DNA of 64,000 nt from Octopus vulgaris (Eukaryota), in the NCBI GenBank assembly GCA_951406725.2, contig OX597820.1:106454001-106518000 (forward strand). Direction: 5' to 3'. Within the stretch, counting starts at the first letter, position 1. Each line of letters begins with the position of its first letter. A model generated the notes under the pieces. The model searched no databases. It was given only the letters and a program-made list of their open reading frames with translations, and was not told where the DNA came from. Shown here piece by piece: positions 14,124-25,792 of this stretch. The translations under genes and the position numbers were made by a program.

Positions 14124-15954
14124 ACACATACATACACATACGCACACACACATACACTCTGATCTCCACCATATTTATTTCACATGTGCTGAAATACAAT
14201 ACCTGAAACTCTGGAGGATGTTATTGCTATATTAGTATAACAGGGCATTGCTAGTTGTAGGAAGCAGCATCATCTTTGGAGGAGATCTCAGCTTTTTAGC
14301 TGCTAACACTTCTGATTCATGCTACATCTGCCAAACTATAGGATTACATCACCATTTTCATATGTTGATGTTGACAGCAGAAGTATTTCTAAAAATAATC
14401 TTTATTGAAGAAAGAAAAAGAAAAGGAACCAAAATACCAAGTCATATTCTGGAGAATCTTGTATTCTTAACTACCTACAAGACACTCACTGTTTATATGA
14501 GTTAGTGTTTTCAACAAATATTATTAAACATAAACTGCAATGCCTCATATTTTCTATAAATATTTAGGATAGTGAAGCAGATATCAGAAAATATGTGATA
14601 CCTGGTAGCAGTTAAATTCTCAAGATACAATCTCATTAAAAGATTATTTTAATTTTTTTCTTTACTAACTTTTTTTTAAGAATTTTAAAATTTATTATGT
14701 TTCAAATGGTGATGTGTATTTGGTTAAAATGTTTGTTTTGCAACCACGTGGTTGCAAGTTCAGTTGCACTGCACAACACCAATGTGCCATGCAGTGGGAC
14801 TGAACCTGAAGCATGACATATAATGTATTTTACAATAGCCCTGCATAACCAAAGCCTTGTGAATGGATTTGGAAAATGAAAACTGAAAAATATGCCCATT
14901 GTGTTTATGTATTTTACACACACACACACACATATCCAAACCATGCTAGCATGAAAAGTGGACATTAAATGATAATATATATATGTATGTACATCTAACC
15001 CATGCCAGCATGGAAAGCAGATGTTAAAGGATGATATATATGTATGGCTGGGTGGTTGGCACTTGTATCTCTCTGTCTTGACATTGCGTGTTACTTGTGA
15101 ACAGTTGTCACCATCATAAAAGCAGTATCACTTATTTGCAATCTTCAATGAAAACATGTCCAGCCATTGTACTATTTCTGTTTGAAGGACTATGAGGAAT
15201 GTTATCTTGCTTACAAAGAGATATTGGAGACAGGAAAAGCATCCAGCCTTAGAAAATATGCCTCCATGAATTTTGTCTGACCCATGTAAGCATGAAAACC
15301 TGGATGTTAAAATGCTGATGTTGCTGATGATAGCTTTTAGAAGATCTGTTAGACTGTGTATTAGGATTTCTTGAAAGATTTAAGTTTAGCTATATTTGGG
15401 GGGGGGGGGGGTTAAAATCCATAGTATTTGCACTTAGTTATTTATCTGACACTTTTTTTCTTAATTCCTGTACTTGAGTAGTGAAAGTTTTTAAAGACTT
15501 ATTCTAAATTTAAACAAGAAATTTAGAAAAATAGATGATTAATTTGTAAATGTTGGCCAAAAATCTATAAATATATAGCCCTCTTTATACTGTAAATAAA
15601 AAATTAGATTTAAATTTTATTAGGCAATTAAATATGAATATCAATCATTATGCATTATTTAAAAAATTAACACATATTAAGCACTGTCATATCACAGAAG
15701 ATATTGCGTGAAGTATAAAGTAAAAAAAATAATAATAATTTCTATTTTTGACACAAGGCTAGGCTAGCAAGTTTATGAGAGTGGTAAATTAATTACATGA
15801 GCCCCAGTGCTCAACTGGTACTTATTTTATTGTCCCCAAAACAGATGAAAAGCAATAAACTTCAGCAGGATTTCAACTCAGAATATAAAGAGCCTAAAAA
15901 AATGCTAAGCATTTTGTCTGATGCACTTATGATTCAGTAAGCATATCACCTTAA

Positions 15955-16172
15955 CCCTTTAGCATTTAAACTGGCCATATCCTGTCCAAATTTTCCATTT
16001 GTTTTATATTCAAACTGACCAGATCCAGGCTCTCACACCTACCTACAATGTTGTTCTACATTAAACAATCACATCATCAAAATCTCAAGGATATGAGATA
16101 ATGCATGATTAACTCAAAGCAATGTAAATGAATAAGCACTATGTTTGACAGAATAACCTGAACACTAAAGGG
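15955..16172. mobile_element. piggyBac-like MITE family 1
   Basis: TTAA|CCCTTTAGCATT...AACACTAAAGGG|TTAA. Confidence 0.8.
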
Positions 16173-16792
16173 TTAATAATGACAATATTAATGATTGTTA
16201 AAAGGGAAAGAAATCATTTATTTACTTTTATTTGTAAAGGTGTTGCTCTTAACCCTGTTGTTTAATGAAGTTGACTTTTTTTTTTAACACTCACCACAGT
16301 ATTTTATCTCAGTCTATCACAATATTTGGGGTGTCTTGATGTCTACTGACTCTGCTTGATGTCTTATATTAAGTGAGCAATTAAAAACTCCCCTTGTTTG
16401 CTGTTTTCAACAATACATTTGACACCTTTTATTTCCTGCATTATTTATAAACACTAACAGAAAGGCCACCCTCCAGGCAGTTTTCTGCTAGCCCCTTGAT
16501 AATATTTTTACATTTGATACCCAATTCTAATAATTTTTATATTTTATGTCTAATTATTTCTTTGTATAATAGTGCTCACTTGCTTAGTAAGTATTGCTTT
16601 CATTATTTTTATCACAGTCATAATCTCTCTTTTTTAAACAAACATCATGGTAGTCCAACAACAGAGGGAGAAGCAGTTTGTCAAGTTTTTACCTTCCCCT
16701 CAAAGCAACAAAGAGATTTCAATTCAGTAGCCCTTCTGTAAGCCTTGCAGTATGTGTATGGGAGAGAGAACATTGCAAACAATGAATGAAAT

Positions 16793-17592
16793 AAACATGA
16801 AATAAAAGGGTATTACTACAGATGTATATGCCCTTAACTTTGTTGCCTTATGACATCCAGAAAAATGGATATTTTTCAACTAAATTTTCTACAAATACCA
16901 CTTAGATGTTTTGGCTTCACAGTATATAGGGATTTATGGGAAAGAATTTTTCTGACAGGGTGGTTAGAGGAGTTTTTGAAAATTCACATGATCTGAAATT
17001 TTTCCCTCATAACTTTCAGGAAGATGGGTATCTTTTAATGAAAATTTATACAAATCCTTTTCAAATGGCATAGATACGATTATAAAGAAATTTGTGGGGA
17101 AAATTTTGTAAGGGATTTTCCTCATTTTTTTAGAACTATTGCCTTCAAAATGAAGTGGGGTGGGGGGCGTCTTCGTATGAAAAACGTTTTGTAAACTCTT
17201 TTTTTTTTACACCCTCTCCCTCATCATCCCACTCCAGACCTATTTTGTCCAATTTATTTTGCTCTTCAAAATCATGGGAAGAGCATTTTCGGTAAAAGGT
17301 TTTTAAAAATTGTTAATATTTTCAGAGGGAAAAGTGAATGATTTAAGGGCGATTTGGCTGTTGTTTCTAGCATATCCAAAGACAACCCTCCTTGTTTCTT
17401 TATCACTCTCGCATGTATTTGTTTTTCAATATTTTCCCCCCATAAATACATTTATATGCTAAAACAAAGAAAATTTGAGAAATTATGAATTTTTTGCAAC
17501 CCCACTCCTTGTCCCCAGTTGTTTCTGTTTAGAAATTAAAATATTGGAGAGCCTGAGAAGGTCATTGCTGGCATTTATCCCCAATGATTTTT
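16793..17592 (+). mobile_element. Possible Helentron-type non-autonomous element
   Basis: Ends in a hairpin GTCATTG...CAATGAT followed by a T-run. Boundaries approximate. Confidence 0.3.
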
Positions 17593-17715
17593 AAAAATTA
17601 CAGAGATGTACTTGCATAGCAAGTGACTTGATCTGAGATTGTGTACTGAAACAAAAACAATTGTAGCATAGATGTTTGTAAGCCATTCAAGAACACACAG
17701 AAACTGTTAGTTTCA

Positions 17716-17943
17716 TGACCCTACTTAAATACAGAGGTCCCGATGCATCTACATAACGATATGAAGGAGAGGGTTAGTTTTTAGGGTTATGGTTAGGATT
17801 AGTTTTAGGGTTAAGGTTAGAGCTAGTTTTAGGGTTAGTTAGGGTGTCATTACATGTCCACACAGCATACATTTAAAATGTTTTGTATGTAACACCTGTA
17901 TTTAAGTAGTACCATTAAGGGACCTCTGTATTGAAGTAGTACC
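17716..17943. mobile_element. MITE with internal degenerate TTAGGG repeats
   Basis: 21-bp inverted repeats at 17721-17741 and 17919-17939 (20/21 match). AGTTTCA is duplicated at 17709-17715 and 17944-17950. Telomere-like tract at about 17770-17845. Confidence 0.7.
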
Positions 17944-19087
17944 AGTTTCACTTCCACATTAAATTTCATTTGTGTCAAAATATTTTCTTCGCTTTGAAAC
18001 CACAATTTGTTCACTGACAAAACTTCACAAAAGTAATGCAGCACAAAGTTTTATCAGTGAACAGCAAACACACGCACATACACATTCATTGCCTTTCATT
18101 TGTGTGTATGTGTATCTATGTGTGTGCACAATTGTGTCACTGTTGAAGTCACTCATGCAACTTATTTGTGTGTATATATTGGCTTAGTGGTATAGAGTGT
18201 TTGGAAACTGTGAATAAGGTATAAGTTTTGAGTACTTGTTGGTAACATTTTTTCTTCTCCTCATCTTCTAATAGTAATTACCCAACTTTCTAGGCTCTTC
18301 TCACAGCTATCCTGCATTCAAAAATTATACAGGTATTAAAAAAAAATTTTCATTCAATAAATAATAAATTACATATACATTAATAGAATAAACTGTTTTC
18401 CAAATAACGAATGAAAACTTAAACGAGAAAGTGAGGGACTGCAAATGAGAATGGAATACTCCACAATGAATACAATGAATATTTAAATTTGTGAATTGGA
18501 CACAGTGAATGCAATGAATATTTAAATTTGTGAGAAATTGGAGTAAAAATAAAATTCCATAAGCTTTAGAAATCAAAGTTATAGGAAATTTCTTAGAACA
18601 TGAATTTATAGAAATCTTTCGGGACGGTCAATCCTTTAATAATTGCTTCTTTTAGTACTTTTAGTAATTGTTACATACCTGATTAATAAGCAGCTTTCTC
18701 CATTACAGTATAGATTATACACAATGAGATGACAAGAGTTTCTTGACCTGCTAGAATTGTAGCTAAATTTCGCTAAATTTCTTTCATCTTACAAATATAT
18801 AAAAAGATGGATGGTCACAGCTAAAATGCCTTTTATTATAAGGAAGTCTGAGCTGATATAAATAATAAAAATCACATAATATATAATGTTCAGCAAATGG
18901 CATGAATTGGTAATCATGTGGTGGATAAAAACTGCCTTGTGGTGTTTCATCTCCCTACTCACTGAGTTAAAATCCAACCAAGATCACACTTGTTTTTCAT
19001 CCCTTCAGGAATGATAAAGTACCAGTAGATTACTGGAATTATTGGAGCATTAGACTCTTCTCCTTCAGCATGGGAATCAAACAAGGG

Positions 19088-19661
19088 TCACAGGGAGCAA
19101 GATTTGAATTGTGCAGAGAATAAGGGACAGTTTTGATGTCCATCTTTGTCGAGTTGTCCAGGCACAGGACGAAATCTCTTCTTGGATTCTCTCAAAACCT
19201 CTACAAAGTACTCTTTGTTGACCATCTGGCTAGAGGAACTCAATGGATGTAGATGATGCCCTTGCTGCTTAAAAAATGGGATCATCATGAGCCTCCCAAT
19301 GGGCTTGCCAGTGAAAAACAGATGCTCAGCTCATACGAGTTAATCCATAAGCAGTATGGGGCATTTCATAAGTTTCTGTAGTGTTTTTGCCAATTCAACA
19401 CAAAATTTTGTTGCCTAGCAAGCTTCTAAATTGTCTTCATATCTCAACTGCATTTTGTAACCTAGTCAGCTGTAACAAGTAGTATTTAACAGAGTGTGTT
19501 CAAAATACTGTTACAGCCATCTTCTATCTGGAATAATGAAAGTTGGCAGGCCAGCTCGTTAGATGTATATTAATATTATACTAAAATTACAATTATCTAA
19601 GACAATTATAACTGCCTCTCCTAAAAAATTCTCAAGAAAAACTTCTGGAATGCACCTCATA
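19088..19661 (-). mobile_element. Internally deleted mariner remnant
   Basis: Minus-strand peptides ETYEMPHTAYG...ASVFHW and LMMIPFF...VNKEYFVEVLRESKKRFR. TIR-like TATGAGGTGCATTCCAGAAG at the right end. Confidence 0.6.
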
Positions 19662-19955
19662 TACCAATAAAATTTATCATTGCCACACCATAGAAATGGA
19701 TAACAACTAAAGGATAATATTACAAACTGATATTCATTGTTAACCAGTCATTATACATCGAGACAGTTTGTGGAAATAAGTAGTTCTTACTCCTGCAACA
19801 TGTGGTGGTACTAAAAAATTACCGCTCCAGCTAGAACCTAGTGAAGGCATATGACCTAGTGGTCATGATGTTGTGAGTTCAATTCTTGGAACAGGCAGCA
19901 TCATGTTGCATACTTCAGCAAGGCACTTTCTTTCACATTACTCCAGTGATTACTT

Positions 19956-20009
<54 letters not shown>

Positions 20010-20603
20010 ACTCACTCACTCACTCACTCACACACACATACTAGATGTGATGTTAGGTCAAAGAATGAGAAAATCAAGAGTATCTGTATCTTCTCATAGC
20101 TATACACCCACCTAAAACGATTAGTGACAGCATGGTACATGTTACAAAGTCATTCTCATTAGCAGGTGACTTGGCTTTTTTTGTATCAGAATCCACACTC
20201 AAATATATAAAACACAAATCATTAACTATAACATACACTAAGATTCATTAGTGCTGATATTCCTATAAATTTCTGAGATGTGAATGGAATTATAACAGAA
20301 GTCTATGACTAAACCATGTGACCATGAAACAGCTGAATAAACATAAAATTTAAATACACTGTTTCAAGTAATTTTGAAACTAATGAAGAATTAGTAAAAT
20401 AACTTTGTCCCTATTAAGCTGGTTTGGAACATAAATTAACATAAAATTTTGATAGAGGTCTTTCTTCTTTTTTTTTTCTTGCTTAGATCACTTTCAAACA
20501 GAAAGTTTGTACCATAGAATCAACTGTGGTCTCAAGTGGGATTGGTATTAAAGGAAATGGTTGTTGGTTAAATATTATTGATAGCTGTTCCAATTTGTTA
20601 CCA

Positions 20604-21049
20604 ATGTGCCACTGGCACAGGGGCCAGAGGAGGCTGGCAAATGGCCACAATCGGTTGGTACTTTTTACGTGTCACCGACACGGACGCCAATCAGGTGGCG
20701 CTGGCATCAGCCACGTTTGGACAGTGCTTTTACGTGTCACCGGCATGGGTATCTTAACTACAAAATCAAATGGAAATTGTAGTTAAGATACCCATGCTGG
20801 TGACACGTAAAAAGCACCATCCAAATGTGGCTGATGCCAGCGCCACCTGACTGGCATCTGTGTCGGTGACATGTAAAAAGCACCCACTACACTCACAGAG
20901 TGGTTGGTGTTAGGAAGGGCATCCAGCTGTAGAAACACTGCCAGATCAGACTGGAGCCTGGTGTAGCCTCCTGGCTTCCCAGACCCCGGTTGAACCGTCC
21001 AACCCATGCTAGCATGGAAAACGAACATTAAACAGTGATGATGATGATG
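20604..21049 (+). mobile_element. RTE LINE 3'-end insertion with an inverted duplicated segment
   Basis: 20777-21049 matches the 3' end of the LINE at 60400, with a (GAT)n tail. 20604-20763 is the same family inverted. Confidence 0.85.
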
Positions 21050-21186
21050 AATACAAGTTCACAATATTCTTGTACCAAGTGAATATGTCAATTTGTTTAT
21101 ATTCATTACTTAAATCTCTTCTAACGAAAAGTTTTAAACAGTAATCAGTATTTAATTTCTATTTTTTCTTCTTTTACCTCATTTAG

Positions 21187-21251
21187 AACTTCAATGCTGT
21201 CGCCCGGCCATTTCCAGCAGGTCAACACTCTGGATTTTCTCATGGAAGTGG
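21187..21251 (+). CDS. Zasp: Zasp-like PDZ-LIM gene, first visible exon (A), post-PDZ linker
   Basis: Poly-Y ...atttag acceptor and GG|gtaagt donor. Encodes NFNAVARPFPAGQHSGFSHGSG; N-x-x-ARPF is typical of the ALP/Enigma linker. Phase 0 to 2, compatible with exon B. Confidence 0.8.
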
Positions 21252-24200
21252 GTAAGTATTTCATTTTATCAAAATCATCAGGAATTGCCTATGTCCATCG
21301 ACTTAACTTCCTTCTTCAGTAGAATATCTGTTTTTTTAGCTCTGCAGAATTATGTTTACATATATCAACCTTCTTTCAATGTTGCGAACTGGATTAAGTA
21401 TATTAAGTTGTTTTTTTTTTATTTATTTGCTGGATTAATGGGGGGTGGGTACAAAAAAAATCAAAGCTTAAACAAATGGAAAATTCTAACAATGAAATAA
21501 GATAAGATTTTTCACCATTGGATGGATAATTATTCTAGATTATCTTGACATTTAGAAAGATTTAAAAAGTATCAGATTTTACTTTTTTTTTTAAGGGTGT
21601 TAGTTAATGCTTATAGATTAAGCCCTTTCTTCAGAGGAACCAATATTAATTCCTTTCTTCATTATTTTGAATACACATAATTTTTTTACCTCTCCAAAAT
21701 CAACTCCTATATGTTTTCTAAATGTTATTAACTAAGAATGCGTTTCTACTCTTAGGGCCATTTTTAGTGGCTATTCTATTGTTTAGTAGTTTTTAATTTA
21801 GTTAAATAGTAAATAAATAATAAAATTTGTCTTGCAATATTTTGTATATCAATGGCTTTAAGTTAGCAGAAAGAGTCATACATCTGATTAGATATATTAC
21901 ATATGTAATTCCATTGCTCTAGATTTTCAGTTGAAATCTTGCTAGGGTCAACTTTTATTTTCATCCTTCCAAGATAAATAAATATGAGTAATATGGTGAA
22001 GTTGACTCCATAATTGGATATATTATATAGAATTGTATTATATCCCTAAAAGTATGTGATCTTAAGTTTAATTGAAAGACATTCATATTTTATGTATGAA
22101 ATTATGCTTACATATATAATAATAAATGAAAGGTTGTCTATGCATATTTCTAGTTGTATTGTTTGAGGAAGAAATCTGTTCCAGTACTCAAGTAGTAGTT
22201 CTGATTGTAGCTTACATCGTGTTCATTCTGAATATATCATAATAAAATATGCTTGAGTAGATTCATTGATCTACTATAGACATTTAGCTTGAAACTTAAG
22301 TTCTCACTAATCAGCCATGAAGTTTAAATGGACAATTTTTAATAAATTCAATCTAAGAACTAATATAAATGATATACAGTTTATAAGGTTGATTAAATTT
22401 TCAGGAATAGTTTTTTTTTTTTTTTTTTAGATGTATGAAATCTGTACAACACTTATCTGTGATTATATAATCTGTACAAGAAAATTGACAGCCACAACAT
22501 GAACCAATGTATTCATGTCATATAAAGAAAACTAAATATTCATTCAAAATTTCAACATTCTGGTAGCATTAAAAAAAATAAGATACTTTTGAGACATTAG
22601 TAAAGCACAACAGATTTATTATATCATACACCTTATTGGCTTGGCAATAATCGTTTTCTGTACACATACACAAGCCTGTCACTAGACTTTTGTGCCTGGA
22701 GACGCTTCAGAATATTCTGGGTAGGCACTAATTTGTAATAATGCTAAACTGGAGTCACTAAAGTGGAATGAATCTGAGGGTGCACCATTGTATAGTGAGG
22801 GGGCAATACCATCCTGTGCACCCTCTTGGAGACGGACATACACACGTCTGTTGAAACTTATAAGTAACACTGTCATCTCTATATTTCAATATTAAGCTAC
22901 TTTATGAATCAGTAGTATATCTTTATTGTTATTTTAAATGAGAAACAAAATGATTTACATTGCTTAAATTTAAATGTATTTCTTTTAACTTTTACTCTCA
23001 TTTTCTCTACATGTGACGCTGACTTCCAAAATTCTTTAATATGCATTTCAGTACTGTAGTTGACAATAGCTTAGTTAAATTATAATTAATTTCTTTAGAA
23101 AAACAAAATTAACATTTTTATTTCAAAGTAACTAATAAGATTTTTTTAGAATTAAAAATATATATTCTATGGCATGTTATATAGAATAACTTTAAACACA
23201 ACCTTTCATTCCTCTTACTTCCATAGTTTCTTTTATAGTAAGTTTCTTTTTATAATATTGTTGTAGTTATTTACAAATGTATTTTAAATTGCAAGGAATT
23301 AAATTTAGCTTTCTGTTAGAGAAACTTCTATGTAGTTGCTTGACTTGCAAAGATGATTGCCTTATCTCCCTCAAATCTCTCTCTCTCTCTCCCTCCCTCT
23401 CTCTCTACTATTTATATCAATAACCAACATGGCTGTATTGATTGAATATTGTTTCTTTTAGTCAGTAGCTTACAAAATTAATTTTTCCATATATTTTTTA
23501 ACTTAAGCATTTTAAAGTCAATCTTTTGTCCAAAACAATAATAATTCCTACTTTAATCCCTGTTTCTGTAGAATTAAACATCTGAAAGGACAGCCTCTCC
23601 TCTCAAATTGGACAGTAGTCAACTGAAACAATCTAAAAACTGTTTAGGCTTAAATAAACCACAAACCTACAATGAGATATGGATGAGTAATATTAGTAGT
23701 CCAATATTCTATCCATTCAGACAGAAGAAAATATCAAATACAGTGTTTCTAAGAAGATGGCATTATATTAAAATCAGATAATAATAATTGCTACAATATA
23801 TAGCAGAAGGAAAAGCCATTGCAAAATCATAATGACAATAGCGGCAAGGTATATAGGATAAGTTTCTTTTTATCATCTGGCTTAATGGTTAGAGGGTTCA
23901 GTTCACAATCTTACGATTATGGGTTTGGTTCCTTGACAGAGTGGGGCATTGTGTCCTTGAACAAGACCCTTCATTTCACATTGCTCCAGTCTACTGACAT
24001 AAATAGGTGAAATAAGTGTCAACTAATTGCTGTTGAAGCCCTCTTTCTCCTTCCAGTTTTCACATCTTGGATGTTCCATTCGGCTGAGGGTAGGAAGAGG
24101 GCTAAGAAAGTGCATGTCTGTTCATGACTACATAGGCACCTAAGAGAATTAGTAAAAGCATAGTACATGTTACTGAGTCAGACTTGTTCATGGGTGACTG

Positions 24201-24491
24201 CTATAAATGGTAAAGAATAACATAATTAAAGTGGAAGAACCAAGTAGAAGTACATGAAATCATCACAGAATATTTGCCATCATAATTAATCTTCATGAAT
24301 CTGAAAAATATATTTTGTTAGGAAATTGCAAAATTAAAGTGTTTGGATATGATTTTTAGAAAAAGTGTTAGAATTATAATACTAAACCTACTGCAAAATA
24401 TAATTGAAGAGGATACCTCAGAGAATAGTTGTGATCATATTGCTTTTGAAAGAGATTGGTGTGGGTCAGAGCAGGCTTTGATATAACTGAA

Positions 24492-25064
24492 CATCATCAT
24501 CATCGTTTAACGTCCGTTTTCCATGCTAGCATGGGTTGGACGGTTCGACCAGGGTCTGGGAAGCCAGGAGGCTGCACCAGGCTCCAGTCTGATCTGACAG
24601 TGTTTCTACAGCTGGATGCCCTTCCTAACACCAACCACTCTGTGAGTGTAGTGGGTGTTTTTTACATGCCACTGGCACAGGGGCCAGAGGAGGCTGGCAA
24701 ACAGCCACGATTAGTTGGTGCTTTTACGTGTTACCGACACGGACGCCAGTCAGGCGGCACTGGCATCTGCCACATTTGGATGGTGCTTTTTATGCGTCAC
24801 CGATATCTTAACTACAATTTCCATTTAATTTCTATTTTGATGTTGACGTACTTGACTCAATAGGTCTCCTCAAGAACAGCGGGTCACTCTACAATCCAAG
24901 GTTAGCACAGCAGGCCGTCCTGCGAGCCATGAACTCACTTCATTTGTTGGGTCTTTGAAGTCACAGCATATCTCCAGATGTCTCGGTCTTTCGTCATAGC
25001 CTCTGTGAGGCTCAACGTACAAAGGTCATGCTTGACCACCTTGTCCCATGTCTTCCTGGGTCTA
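24492..25064 (-). mobile_element. 5'-truncated RTE LINE
   Basis: (CAT)n tail on the plus strand, shared 3' UTR, and minus-strand ORF2 end RPRKTWDKVVKHDL...TKDRDIWRYAV. Confidence 0.85.
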
Positions 25065-25540
25065 TTTGAAATAATTTGGCTTTTAATGATACATTATTAA
25101 TGGAGAACAGAAAGTTAGATTTTTATTTACAATTTTTGCTTTTATATATAGAGGACTACATCTTTTCTTTAACATTTTCTTCATAAATTTTCCTTTAACT
25201 TTTTAAAAAGAATTGGTTTCTGAAGATTTATTGCTATTACATTTTTGTCGATGAGATACATTATTTAGGTACAGAATAAATGTATAATTAAACTGCCCAT
25301 GAAGGAATTTGACCAGCATTCGACAATAAAATTTCTTGACATTTTTGAAATCGAGAAACAAAATATACAATTTAATTAGGGTTGAAACAGCCCCTAGGGG
25401 CCAATTCCTCCCTTGGAACAACACTCAAATGAAAGTTGGGTGCTTTACACACCTTATTTGCAAAAAAATACACAAAATGAGGGCTATAAATGGTCGAAAT
25501 AAACAATTACCTTCGGAGCCAATGTGACAACACGTCAGTC

Positions 25541-25565
25541 GATAGATAGATAGATAGATAGATAG

Positions 25566-25618
<53 letters not shown>

Positions 25619-25792
25619 TATGTGTGTGTATGTATATAGATATATATATGTGTGTGTATGTATATAGATATATATATGTGTGTATGTATATTTATATGTG
25701 TATATATATATGTGTATATATATGTTAGATATATGTATGTGTGTGTGTGTATATATATTTATATGTATATGTATGTGTATGTATTTATATAT
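25541..25792. repeat. Compound microsatellite (GATA)n/(TA)n/(GA)n/(TG)n
   Basis: Directly visible. Confidence 0.9.

Noticed and set aside
1-21186. Expected PDZ-coding exons of Zasp
   Set aside because: No PWGFRL-like or other PDZ peptide with splice sites was found; they are probably upstream of the window.
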